In this document: positions 37,012 through 45,983 of the stretch, one piece after another | Layout: each line of letters opens with the position of its first letter | How positions within the stretch are numbered: position 1 is the first letter of the stretch | NCBI GenBank assembly: GCA_020437385.1 | Contig: JAGQWL010000143.1 | Span: 1 to 57,976, forward strand | Origin: Bacteroidota bacterium | Lineage (GTDB): Bacteria > Bacteroidota > Rhodothermia > Rhodothermales > JABDKH01 | Length of the DNA: 57,976 nucleotides | Direction of reading: 5' to 3' | Notes under the pieces: model-generated | Told to the model about the DNA's origin: nothing | The model's database searches: none | What the model saw: only the letters and a program-made list of their open reading frames with translations | Translations under genes and position numbers: made by a program

Positions 37012-37956
37012 TCAACCGCTTCCGATCGCTTGCAGTAGAAAGCGCGAGAGAAAGCGATCGGCCCAATGCCAGGTGTGCTCGGCATCCTCGTGAAAAATCG
37101 GTTGGTCGAAACCAAGCAGGCAACGCTTCTGACGCAGAAGCGCGGTCAGGAATCGAGCACGATCCCGGTTCCCTGCCGATCCATCAGAGGGCGCGGCAGC
37201 AATCCAGTACCGCGTTTTTCGTAAAGCAGCAAGTTGGTCTCCAACAGCGTCCCTGAAGAAATCGGTGGGATTCCATGCTGCGAGTGCCTTCGTGCTCCGC
37301 GGACGCCCGAATGCAGCGTCAAAGATTCCATTTTCAAGCCAGACCCGGTCGCCAAATGGTTTCGGCTGCGGCTGACGGCGGTCCACGTGATCCGGCCACA
37401 TGAACAGTCCGTCGTAGACCGCCGCGTGGTCCAGAAAACCAGGGCGCCGCGCGGCGAGCAGACTGACCGTGTAGCCGCCCAGAGAAAAGCCCGCCGCCAT
37501 TCGCAAACCGCCCCGAAGCATCGGATAATCGTCTACGACTCGCGGCAGTAGCTCGGAGTCGAGGAAATCCCAGAACCTTCCAGTTCCGATTCCGGGATAC
37601 TGCGCTGGATTGTCACCAACCATATTGACACCAAGCGAAGGAACGTGATTATTCGTGCTGTTTAGCCCGGGCAAAACAACGACGAGCGGTGGAAGTGACC
37701 CACGCGAGATCAGCAGGTCAATGTCCTCGATAGAGGTTCGCGTCCTCGATCCGTCTTCGTTCACGTTTACCCATTCACGTTCGTGCCCGCGGAACAGGAT
37801 CAGTAGCGAGGCTGTATCGATCGAACCGAGGTTCGGTGGTTCGTAGACGTAGTACGGTTTCCGAATGCCGAGCGCGGTGGACTTGAGCAGTCTGTATCTG
37901 AGGGATCCCCGAAGACTTTCCCGATGGCGTGAAATGATCTCTCTGTGCGAAGACAT
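37012..37956 (-). CDS. Alpha/beta hydrolase, esterase-D/'putative esterase' type (operon gene 5)
   Basis: It carries the nucleophile elbow AAGFSLGGYT, in a setting similar to the PF00756 family. The start is either the ATG at 37956 or the GTG at 37992, which is 2 nt after the upstream stop. Confidence 0.75.
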   Translation of the reverse strand: MSSHREIISRHRESLRGSLRYRLLKSTALGIRKPYYVYEPPNLGSIDTASLLILFRGHEREWVNVNEDGSRTRTSIEDIDLLISRGSLPPLVVVLPGLNSTNNHVPSLGVNMVGDNPAQYPGIGTGRFWDFLDSELLPRVVDDYPMLRGGLRMAAGFSLGGYTVSLLAARRPGFLDHAAVYDGLFMWPDHVDRRQPQPKPFGDRVWLENGIFDAAFGRPRSTKALAAWNPTDFFRDAVGDQLAALRKTRYWIAAAPSDGSAGNRDRARFLTALLRQKRCLLGFDQPIFHEDAEHTWHWADRFLSRFLLQAIGSG

Positions 37957-37994
37957 GTAAAAACTGGCTGCCGAAAGACCGCAGCACCACACGC

Positions 37995-38903
37995 TCAGGT
38001 AAGTTGTTCTTGCGGAATATCGCGAAGGGCGGACACCGCTTCGTGGAGGAAATTGGGCACTACCGCGGCGTAGGTTCTCGCAAGATACTGCGGATCAGCC
38101 AGACGACCGATGATGCGTCGGTATTTCGCAAGTCCGTGCGCTTCCACGATCTTTCGCAAACGGTCCGGTTGCTCGAAGTGTTTGAGCATACCTGCCGGGT
38201 CGGCTTCGGGGTGAAACTGGACGCCAACCAGTTCATCTGAGATCCTGATTCCCATGATCGCCCGTTCGAGCGGAACGTTGGGACGGTACTTCTCACGAGC
38301 AATTATTCGAGCACCAAGATCCTTCAAGTGGTGAGCGCTCTTCTTAACCACTTGCCACTCGCGGAAGTCCGCTGCGTAGAACGGATCGGACAATCCGGCA
38401 AACAACGGATCATGAAACCCGTGACTGGTCGGATGCACCGGGAAGACACCGAAAGAAGGCGACCGACGCTTTTCGACGTGAGCAACCTCGAAGTGGCGGA
38501 CCATCATCTGAAATGAGTGGCAGATGAACAGCACGTGTTTTGGCGAGTCGCCGTTCACCGATCGTGCCGTGTTGTGCCGCCAGATATCGTCAAGCCAACC
38601 GAAGTAGTTCTTCTCCCACTGACTTCCGTACCCTTCGAACGGGCTCCCGGGACCGCCGGAGGAGATATAGATGTCGAAGTTGTTATCGGGCACCTCCGCC
38701 CGACCGCGTACATCGAACCGACGCTTCTCAAACGGGATACCGCCGAATTTTCCACTGAAGCGATCGACGATCTGGTCGATTGCTGCAAGCCCAAGGTTCG
38801 CCTCCCCGTTGTACAGATCGAGAACCGCTACGCGAAGCGGCAGCACCCGCTGGGGATCGGCCAACGCAGCTTCGTCATGAGCCAGCATCTTACTATTCGA
38901 CAT
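37995..38903 (-). CDS. Stand-alone class-I glutamine amidotransferase-like protein (possible C26-type gamma-glutamyl amidase) (operon gene 4)
   Basis: It has the Cys nucleophile context VLFICHSFQMM and the His-Glu context VGVQFHPEADP, but no fused synthetase domain. I prefer the ATG at 38903 (MSNSKML), whereas the track start is 38948. Confidence 0.8.
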   Translation of the reverse strand: MSNSKMLAHDEAALADPQRVLPLRVAVLDLYNGEANLGLAAIDQIVDRFSGKFGGIPFEKRRFDVRGRAEVPDNNFDIYISSGGPGSPFEGYGSQWEKNYFGWLDDIWRHNTARSVNGDSPKHVLFICHSFQMMVRHFEVAHVEKRRSPSFGVFPVHPTSHGFHDPLFAGLSDPFYAADFREWQVVKKSAHHLKDLGARIIAREKYRPNVPLERAIMGIRISDELVGVQFHPEADPAGMLKHFEQPDRLRKIVEAHGLAKYRRIIGRLADPQYLARTYAAVVPNFLHEAVSALRDIPQEQLT

Positions 38904-39019
38904 GATCTTGAGACGACTTCCACAATAACCGGCACCGCTCGATCTCACGGGGCGGGTTGAGCGTCAACCATCTGGCGTGCAGCGGTGTTCCGGTGGTATC
39001 GACCGGAGTTCGATGAGCC

Positions 39020-40396
39020 TTATCGGCGCCCGCGCTTCCATGTGTGACGCAAAATAAACATGGGGAGCGTTCCTCCTCCGGCCGTTACGTTTGCAAGATT
39101 AGAGGCCGACGTCCGGGTCAGACACCCTCCCATCAGTGGACCATTTAGGTACGGATCGAGGTCGATGATGGTCGGCACGAGCTGCCAACCCGAGTCGGTC
39201 TTCATCATGAACGGTTCGCGATGAATATCAACGGTTTCCTGGACAACGCAGCGGTATGCCATCGACTGTTGAATCGCGTCATCCCACTCAGACTGGCTGG
39301 ATGCAAAACCGAGCGTGACCCCCTTTCCGCCGTACTCGTCGTTGGGCTTGATCACGAAATACTGCCGATTGGCGCGGACAAACTCAAGGAGGTTGATCCG
39401 AAGGCCGCGAAACATCGTCTGGCAATCACGCAACATTCGCGTCCACGGGATGTGACGGGCGATCGCCTCTCGCTGTTCGACGGGAAGCATGCTCGTGTAA
39501 CGCTCATCCGTCAGGAATTCGAAAACCGCTTTCTTATGCACGAGCTTCGTCCTGAACGTGTTAACATAACACGTCTTTCCAGAAATGTATCCCTCGAAGA
39601 ACGCGCCGCACTCGTCCTTCATCGCGTAATATTCGTTCAGCAACAGACGACGATAAAGAATATCAATTCGACGACCGTTCGCATGGATCCAGCCATCGAT
39701 ACATTCGAGCGAGCGTGGATCTACGACCTCGCACGGGTACCCCATGCGTTCGAAGTAGTCTTTGAGCAAATTAAACTCATGAATTGTCGGGACGTCGAGA
39801 TGATCAACGATTGCGATCGACGGCTTCTCGGCACGACCATCGAATTGTTCGTGATAGATCGATACGAGCGCCGTGAGGGTGTGCTCCATCGGTGACACGA
39901 AACGCACCGGGTGCTTCCGTTCGAACCTCGAGAACATCGGAAGCTCACGATAGATGCGGCCCAGCTCATGGATGTAGGCGATCCCCGCCGGGTTCTCGCC
40001 GTTGATCTCCACGAACTTGAACGAATCCGCCGTCAGGAACGAATCCATTCGCGACAAGGCAGACAGCCTGATAATGGGCGTCGGAATCGACGCGAGTTCG
40101 ATCTCCCAGTCTTCCAGACCGAGTCCGTCGCGCAGCACCTCGAGATCGTCAAAAAACTCTGCCGCAATCTTGAGAACCGCCTGCCGGATCAGGTAGACGG
40201 TATCCTGAACGGCGTTGTAACCTGCCTCCGTAATAAATGTCGGACGAAGGCTGGCCGCCATTGGGCGATCGCCAAAGAGAATCTTGCGTTCCCGCTGCAG
40301 GTGGACCAGGAGGTCCAGCTCCTGTTCCGCCGCTGAAAGGTCCGCCTCGATCAGCCGATGGTAGTCGCGTATTGCCGCGTCGAGTTGGGATCGCAT
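39020..40396 (-). CDS. ATP-grasp-type amidoligase-like protein (glutathionylspermidine-synthase-like or circularly permuted ATP-grasp, unverified) (operon gene 3)
   Basis: This 458-aa ORF has good coding statistics. The segments FKFVEINGENPAGIAYIHELG and YFVIKPNDEYGGKGVTLG and the C-terminal NVTAGGG resemble what I recall of the GSP-synthetase pre-ATP-grasp and CP_ATPgrasp families. The fold assignment needs an HMM or structure check. Confidence 0.55.
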   Translation of the reverse strand: MRSQLDAAIRDYHRLIEADLSAAEQELDLLVHLQRERKILFGDRPMAASLRPTFITEAGYNAVQDTVYLIRQAVLKIAAEFFDDLEVLRDGLGLEDWEIELASIPTPIIRLSALSRMDSFLTADSFKFVEINGENPAGIAYIHELGRIYRELPMFSRFERKHPVRFVSPMEHTLTALVSIYHEQFDGRAEKPSIAIVDHLDVPTIHEFNLLKDYFERMGYPCEVVDPRSLECIDGWIHANGRRIDILYRRLLLNEYYAMKDECGAFFEGYISGKTCYVNTFRTKLVHKKAVFEFLTDERYTSMLPVEQREAIARHIPWTRMLRDCQTMFRGLRINLLEFVRANRQYFVIKPNDEYGGKGVTLGFASSQSEWDDAIQQSMAYRCVVQETVDIHREPFMMKTDSGWQLVPTIIDLDPYLNGPLMGGCLTRTSASNLANVTAGGGTLPMFILRHTWKRGRR

Positions 40397-40408
40397 GATC
40401 GGGGTCCG

Positions 40409-41383
40409 CTAACTTCCCGAAGTAGCCGTTGCCGGCTCCAGAAGCCCGTTGGCGGTAAACTGACCGGCCGGCCGATGTTTCTTTGCCATCTTGACAAGAA
40501 ACTTGGCGACGGTCTTGATCACCCACTCATAGTTATCCAGTCCCACGCTGTGGTAATCCGCGTCTGGCGCCGGATTCATGAAGTCGATAGCGTACGGAAC
40601 GCCGTCCCGGACGGCGAACTCAACGGTATTGAGATCATATCCCAGTGCCTTACAGAGAGCCAGGACGTCGCGCTTCACCCGCTTCTTCATGGCGGGAGCG
40701 ATCGGGCTCGGATCCACCTCCTCGTATCGCGCGCGCGAGTCGGCACCACCCGGGTTGTAGCGCATGATGCGGACGTCGCTGCGTCCTACTCCGTAACACC
40801 GGAAGTAGTCCTCAAACTCAATGCCTTCCTGTAGCATCATGCAATCGGTCCCCGACGCATCGTACGCGGCAAAAAGCTCTTCGGGATTTCGGACTTTCGT
40901 CACGCCGCGCCATCCGCCACCGTCGTGCGGTTTCAAGAACGCCGGGAAGCCGACGTAGTCAAAGATGGAGTCCCAGTCGATTGGATACCGGAGGTTTCGG
41001 TAGGAGTCCGTGGACGTGTTCGGCATGTGGTCCTTGTTCGGCAGGATAACGGTTCGCGGTACGGCGACCCCGGCCGCTTCGGCAATCACATTGTCAATAA
41101 ACTTGTCATCCGCACTCCACCAGAACGGGTTGTTCACCACGTAGGTGCCCTTGAGCGAGGCCCACTTCAGGTACGATCGATAGAACGGAATCTCGTGCGA
41201 GATTCTATCCAGGATCACTGCGTATTGTGGCTGGCCGGTGTCCTGTACGGAATCGATAGTGACAAACTCCGCCTCGACGCCACGGGACGAGTAGTTCTCG
41301 TTGATGTGATGAATAAGGCCGTCCGGAAACGTTGTCTCCATTCCACGGAGGATACCGATTCGACTCACTGCTTTTGCTGCCAT
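40409..41383 (-). CDS. ATP-grasp domain ligase (RimK/glutathione-synthetase-like) (operon gene 2)
   Basis: Its layout is typical of ATP-grasp carboxylate-amine ligases (VPRTVILP..., FPAFLKPHDGGGWRGVTKV, MMLQEGIEFEDYFRCYGVG, TVEFAVRDGVPYAIDFMN). The ATG at 41383 (MAAKAVSRIGIL) lies 20 nt after the upstream stop. Confidence 0.75.
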   Translation of the reverse strand: MAAKAVSRIGILRGMETTFPDGLIHHINENYSSRGVEAEFVTIDSVQDTGQPQYAVILDRISHEIPFYRSYLKWASLKGTYVVNNPFWWSADDKFIDNVIAEAAGVAVPRTVILPNKDHMPNTSTDSYRNLRYPIDWDSIFDYVGFPAFLKPHDGGGWRGVTKVRNPEELFAAYDASGTDCMMLQEGIEFEDYFRCYGVGRSDVRIMRYNPGGADSRARYEEVDPSPIAPAMKKRVKRDVLALCKALGYDLNTVEFAVRDGVPYAIDFMNPAPDADYHSVGLDNYEWVIKTVAKFLVKMAKKHRPAGQFTANGLLEPATATSGS

Positions 41384-41403
41384 GGACGTACCGCTGCTTG
41401 AGT

Positions 41404-42117
41404 TCAGGAAATATGTTTCTGGATCAGTCCTCGCCACCAGGGCCAATCGTGCCCAAAAACGCCGGGCTCGATATCGAGCGAGTGGCTGATCCCCTTCGCC
41501 CGCAGCACCCAACTCATGTCCTCATTGGCCTGACGGCACGGATCGAACTCTCCTGCGGTCAAGATGATGTGATTGCGGCGGATGGCCTCAAGGGTTTCGT
41601 GATCCGAAAGATTGGGTAGAAAATCGACGGGGTTTGAGAAATAGACATCGTCGTTGTAAAAGCCGTCGAGTTGCGACTTGATGTCAAACTTCCCGCTCAA
41701 GGCCACCAGCTTTCCGAAGGCCCATGGATTCTTGAAGACGAGGTTGGCGGCGTGATAGGCACCGAAGCTCGCGCCGGTCGCGATGATGAAGTCATTTCCC
41801 GTTCGGTTCCGGATAAACGGTACAACTTCCGCAGTGACGTACTGCTCATACTGCTGATGTCGCTTTATCCGCACGTACGGATCGACGTCGGTATTGTACA
41901 GGCTTTCCGCGTCGACCGAATCGACGCATATCAACTGGTTGTGTCCCTCTGAAAGTTGATGCGAAAGCGCGCCGACCATTCCGAAGTCCTCCCACTCGAA
42001 GAACCGACCGAGGCTGGAGGGAAAGGCGAGCACGGGCGTTCCGGCATGGCCGAATACCAGTATGTCCATCTCGCGACCCAGGCTGGGACTGAACCACCTT
42101 ACGTGTTCACGATGCAT
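41404..42117 (-). CDS. Alpha/beta hydrolase, esterase-D/'putative esterase' type (operon gene 1)
   Basis: It carries MDILVFGHAGTPVLAFP and the nucleophile elbow IATGASFGAYHAANL. Confidence 0.75.
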   Translation of the reverse strand: MHREHVRWFSPSLGREMDILVFGHAGTPVLAFPSSLGRFFEWEDFGMVGALSHQLSEGHNQLICVDSVDAESLYNTDVDPYVRIKRHQQYEQYVTAEVVPFIRNRTGNDFIIATGASFGAYHAANLVFKNPWAFGKLVALSGKFDIKSQLDGFYNDDVYFSNPVDFLPNLSDHETLEAIRRNHIILTAGEFDPCRQANEDMSWVLRAKGISHSLDIEPGVFGHDWPWWRGLIQKHIS

Positions 42118-42244
42118 TGTATACCCGATATGGAACTGTGTCGCGAGTATTTACGAAAATCGCGGCACGCTTGGAAGGCAGGAAGGCAACGAATCGGCCG
42201 GAACGTTCAGGAAGACGATCGCGTTCGGAAAACACGTAGCGACC

Positions 42245-43171
42245 TCAGCTCGTCAGCAGCTCCCACGCAATTCCGTGCCGGAGGGCATAGGGGCTGACCA
42301 TCAGCTCACCAACCTCGAACAGCCTGGCAACTTCCTCGAGGATAACCGCACCCGCCGGAATCACGTCGGATCGTCCGATCATCAAATCGGGATTAAGCGA
42401 TTCTATTTCCGACCGCGTCATCGCCGCAAGTCGTTCACTCCAGACATTGAGTTCAGTCAGCGGAAGCGAGATCGGCTCGACAAATCCCTTCTCGGAAATC
42501 CGATCACCGGCATGCAGGATGGCGAGCGTAACGGCGGTACCGGCTGCCCCCACGAGCCGGACACCCGGCTTCCTTGGCAGATCTGCCGCGTCAAGCGCCG
42601 CCCGCACGGCCGAGCGCACGAGGCCACGCTCGACGGCAGCAACGGGCTGTCTCGTAAGGTAGCGCTCGGTAAGGCGAACCGAGCCGATGCGCATGCTCGT
42701 TCGGAAGTCCGGTGGCTCGGAACCGTGAGCGGATACCGTCACTTCTGTGGATCCTCCGCCGATATCAACAACGGCCACCGGGATGTCTGCGATTTCATCC
42801 GGGTTCAGTGCCGCAAGCGCCCCGAGATGGCTGTAGCGACCTTCTTCCTCCCCGGAGAGTATCTCGAACTGCCAACCTGTTACACGTCGAACAACAGCCT
42901 CGATGTCATTCGGATTGCCGGCGTCTCGGGACGCGCTCGTGCCGACAATCCGGATCCGCTCGATTCCGTCAACGATCCCGCGGTAATCCGTGAGGGCCCC
43001 TTCCAGGCGCTGGAGCGCGGCTTCCGAAACCACGCCGGACTCCTCCAGTCCTTCGCCCAGACGTACGAATCTTCGCTCCGAAACAATCTGGGCGAAACCC
43101 TCGGCCGCGTTACCCTCGACCACCGTCAGAAGAACCGTATTCGTACCTACATCAACGACTGCCGCCTTCAT
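42245..43171 (-). CDS. Ppx/GppA-family phosphatase (short exopolyphosphatase form)
   Basis: It has an ASKHA-fold N-terminus (MKAAVVDVGTNTVLLTV, GTSASRDAGN, VVDIGGGSTE). The ATG at 43171 overlaps the prmA stop in an ATGA arrangement. Confidence 0.9.
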   Translation of the reverse strand: MKAAVVDVGTNTVLLTVVEGNAAEGFAQIVSERRFVRLGEGLEESGVVSEAALQRLEGALTDYRGIVDGIERIRIVGTSASRDAGNPNDIEAVVRRVTGWQFEILSGEEEGRYSHLGALAALNPDEIADIPVAVVDIGGGSTEVTVSAHGSEPPDFRTSMRIGSVRLTERYLTRQPVAAVERGLVRSAVRAALDAADLPRKPGVRLVGAAGTAVTLAILHAGDRISEKGFVEPISLPLTELNVWSERLAAMTRSEIESLNPDLMIGRSDVIPAGAVILEEVARLFEVGELMVSPYALRHGIAWELLTS

Positions 43172-44094
43172 TCGACCGCTGCCCTCCTTAGCTGAACCGA
43201 CCACCACTCGCCCTCGTGTGACTCCTTTACGACGAGGAGGCCAAGCTCGTTGATTCGAGTCCGAACAACGTCGCGATCTGACAATAGAAGTCCGGCAAGC
43301 ACAACGGCCCCGGATGCGGCAATTCGGCCTTTGACATCGGGAAGTATGTCGAGCAGGACGCTACGGTTGATGTTGGCCAGAACGACATCGAACGATCCAG
43401 CGGCAACATCAGACAGTTCGCCTGTAACCCACTCCACCTGCGGCCCGACACCATTGCGTTCAAAATTTTCGGCCGAGTTTATGGCACACCATGGATCGTT
43501 GTCGAAGGCAACCACGTGCGGAGCTCCAAGCTTCGCGGCCGCGATCGCCAGAATTCCTGTTCCGCTTCCGGCGTCCAGAACCGTCGTGTTCTCGTGCACG
43601 AGATCTGCCATCGTTCGAAGCACCAGCCGAGTCGATTCGTGATAGCCCGTACCGAAGCTCATCTTCGGGTCAATCACGATATCGATGAGATCGTCATCCG
43701 GCTGCTGTGCCCACGATGGTCGGATGCGAAAGGGCGGCACCTCGATTGGCTGAATTGTCGCCTCCCATGCCTCATTCCAATTGCGCGATTCGACGGTTCT
43801 GATCTGCCAATCGTGAACGTCTGCCGCAGAATCGAGGTAGCTGCTCACACCCGGACCGTACCGATTCCAATCGGGCTCACTCGTGTAGGCGTTCAGATGA
43901 ACAATCTGGTCGGACTCTGTCGTCGCGTGTTCGACGGGGGCTACGGGGTTCGCGCCGAACCCTGACTCGACCTCGCCCTCGACATCGAATATCTCAAAAC
44001 CGACGTCACCGAGATCTGCGACGAGTATATCCGCAAATGCACGAGGCGTGGTGATTTCAAGCTTGACCGTGGGAGGAATACGAGACTCCGACAT
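43168..44094 (-). CDS. prmA: Ribosomal protein L11 methyltransferase
   Basis: It carries IVIDPKMSFGTGYHESTRL and the SAM motif VLDAGSGTGILAIAAAKLGA, followed by ANI. Confidence 0.92.
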   Translation of the reverse strand: MSESRIPPTVKLEITTPRAFADILVADLGDVGFEIFDVEGEVESGFGANPVAPVEHATTESDQIVHLNAYTSEPDWNRYGPGVSSYLDSAADVHDWQIRTVESRNWNEAWEATIQPIEVPPFRIRPSWAQQPDDDLIDIVIDPKMSFGTGYHESTRLVLRTMADLVHENTTVLDAGSGTGILAIAAAKLGAPHVVAFDNDPWCAINSAENFERNGVGPQVEWVTGELSDVAAGSFDVVLANINRSVLLDILPDVKGRIAASGAVVLAGLLLSDRDVVRTRINELGLLVVKESHEGEWWSVQLRRAAVE

Positions 44095-44150
44095 ACAATT
44101 CGCACGAGACTGGAGGATCTGCGCGAAAGATACTAAACAACCGTCCCGTC

Positions 44151-44210
44151 CTTTTGCCGAGTGGTCGATTCTTTTGCCGAGTGGCCGATTCTTTTGCCGA
44201 GTGGCAATTA
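44151..44210. repeat. Tandem 20-bp repeat, 3 units
   Basis: The units are cttttgccgagtggtcgatt / cttttgccgagtggccgatt / cttttgccgagtggcaatta. The array lies 57-116 nt upstream of the prmA start, and its last unit overlaps the stop codon of the 44208..45983 gene. Confidence 0.92.
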
Positions 44211-45983
44211 ATTCGTCAAACGAACCACGCGCATCCCGTAGTCTTGCTGAAAATCAGGCGCCGCTTCCCGGAAGTCGCCGTAGGCATGCGACTCGTCGGT
44301 TTCGAAGTGAATGGTGTAGCGCCCGGGCTCCAATTTGATAATGTCGTCGAACAGGCGATACCGTTCGTCGCCGCCAGCGGGCAACGTATTTGAACGAGTC
44401 ATCCGCCAGATCTCTTCTCCATCTGCGTCATTTCGGATCCAGCCATAGTCGTAGGCGCCAAACTGTGAGACCTCTCCGATCGCCCGAATGTGGAGCCTGA
44501 CCGCCTCATCAAACTCAACGGACGCCGAGTACGATTGTTCGTTTCCAGCCGGCACCATCGAGAAGATCTCCGGACCACTCACGTCGTGGGTCTCCTCTCT
44601 CGAGGCCATTGGTACAGTTTCGGCCAGGACCGTGACCGAATGGCCGACATCCTTCAGTACCGGAAACATCGTGATGCCCCACCGCTCAGGATGCTCGGGA
44701 GCCCGTCGAAGCCAACTATCCCACGCGTGACTGTCGTCTGACTGATAGTGGAGAACGTACTTGCCAGGTTCGAGGCGAACGACTCCTTCACCAATACTGT
44801 TGTCCGAGCTGCCACCGGCGTGCTGCACCTTGCCTGCACTCATCTTCCACACGAGCTCGCCCGTGTCAAGATTTTCCAGCCAGCCATAGTCGTACTCCTG
44901 ATCTCCGTGCACCTCACCCATGGCATAAAGCAAGACGTCAACTGTCTCGTTCACTTCGAAGGCCTGTTCCATTCGCGCGTCGTTGCCGGCAGGAGCGAGC
45001 TCAATAATGGGGGTGCGTTCCTCCCAGACATCAAACGGATGCACCCTGTCCGCCGTTCGGCGATCCGCGGCATACAGCGTCAGGCCCCACGCGGCGGGAT
45101 CATAGGGTGGGTTGCCAAACCAACGACCATAAGCATGACCGCCGTCCGTCGAATAGGACACACGGTAGAGACCCGGCTTGAGTTCGATGCTTCCGTCAAA
45201 AACGAAGTTCGACTTTGAGCCACCGGCGGGGCGCGAGTTGTCGCGGGTCATGGTCCAGATGACGCGGTCCTGTGACAGGCTCTCGACCGTACCGCGATCG
45301 CCACAATCCGAGTCGTCACAGATTTCGCCGACCGAATAGATCGAAACGCGTGCCTCCTCATCGACCGACAGTACCTGTTCAGCCGTCCGATCGTCGCGCA
45401 TGGTACCGGATGTCCAGATGACATTCGGCATCGCTTCGGGTCCGTACGAATCGAGGGTTCCCTTCAGGGATTCCAGCTCGCCATTCTCGGCTTTCAGGGC
45501 AACCTGCCAGTGTTTGCGATCCGCGGTCCAGTGGTCCGTCAACCGGACACCGAAAAATCGGTGCGAGCTGGACGAACCCCGAGACGAACCGAACGAAGCA
45601 AAATAGAGATCGTAGTCACCGGGCTGCAGTTGGACGGATTCCTCCGTGCGCAGAAGGGTTCCGTCCTCAATCTCGGAATGCGACGGATCCATTCGCCACA
45701 CGAGGGAGCGGTCGCTGCGCCGAACGATCCACGGATACGCGGCCATGACCGCGTCGGCAGACCGGTTCGCATCCTTGGATTCGAGCGAACCAAGCGCAGT
45801 AATATTGACACGCGTTGGTTCTTCGATGCGGAAGGCCTGGTGCTCCAGGTCGCCGCGACCGATCTCGCTCAGTGTGACCTCACCGTCAAGTGCCGGGAGA
45901 CCCCGGAAAACCCGAAATATCACAAGGGTCGCGAGGCACGCGAGCAAAATCAGCTCAATGCGAACGATTGTTCTTTTGTCCAT
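44208..45983 (-). CDS. Membrane-anchored hypothetical protein composed of four ~135-aa internal repeats (family not recognised)
   Basis: It has an N-terminal TM helix (IVRIELILLACLATLVIF). Four modules share the pattern F.V.E...V.I.A.GE...DYGW.....GE.VW.M......AGG.......I.L.PG.Y.(V/L)HY.SD.SHA......P.....WG(I/L)T. Examples are YDYGWLENLDTGELVWKM...VRLEPGKYVLHYQSDDSHAWDSW and YDYGWIRNDADGEEIWRM...IKLEPGRYTIHFETDESHAYGDF. Confidence 0.85.
   Translation of the reverse strand: MDKRTIVRIELILLACLATLVIFRVFRGLPALDGEVTLSEIGRGDLEHQAFRIEEPTRVNITALGSLESKDANRSADAVMAAYPWIVRRSDRSLVWRMDPSHSEIEDGTLLRTEESVQLQPGDYDLYFASFGSSRGSSSSHRFFGVRLTDHWTADRKHWQVALKAENGELESLKGTLDSYGPEAMPNVIWTSGTMRDDRTAEQVLSVDEEARVSIYSVGEICDDSDCGDRGTVESLSQDRVIWTMTRDNSRPAGGSKSNFVFDGSIELKPGLYRVSYSTDGGHAYGRWFGNPPYDPAAWGLTLYAADRRTADRVHPFDVWEERTPIIELAPAGNDARMEQAFEVNETVDVLLYAMGEVHGDQEYDYGWLENLDTGELVWKMSAGKVQHAGGSSDNSIGEGVVRLEPGKYVLHYQSDDSHAWDSWLRRAPEHPERWGITMFPVLKDVGHSVTVLAETVPMASREETHDVSGPEIFSMVPAGNEQSYSASVEFDEAVRLHIRAIGEVSQFGAYDYGWIRNDADGEEIWRMTRSNTLPAGGDERYRLFDDIIKLEPGRYTIHFETDESHAYGDFREAAPDFQQDYGMRVVRLTN

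Noticed and set aside
42062-43195. 377-aa plus-strand ORF
   Set aside because: It is antisense to the Ppx/GppA gene and is a shadow ORF.
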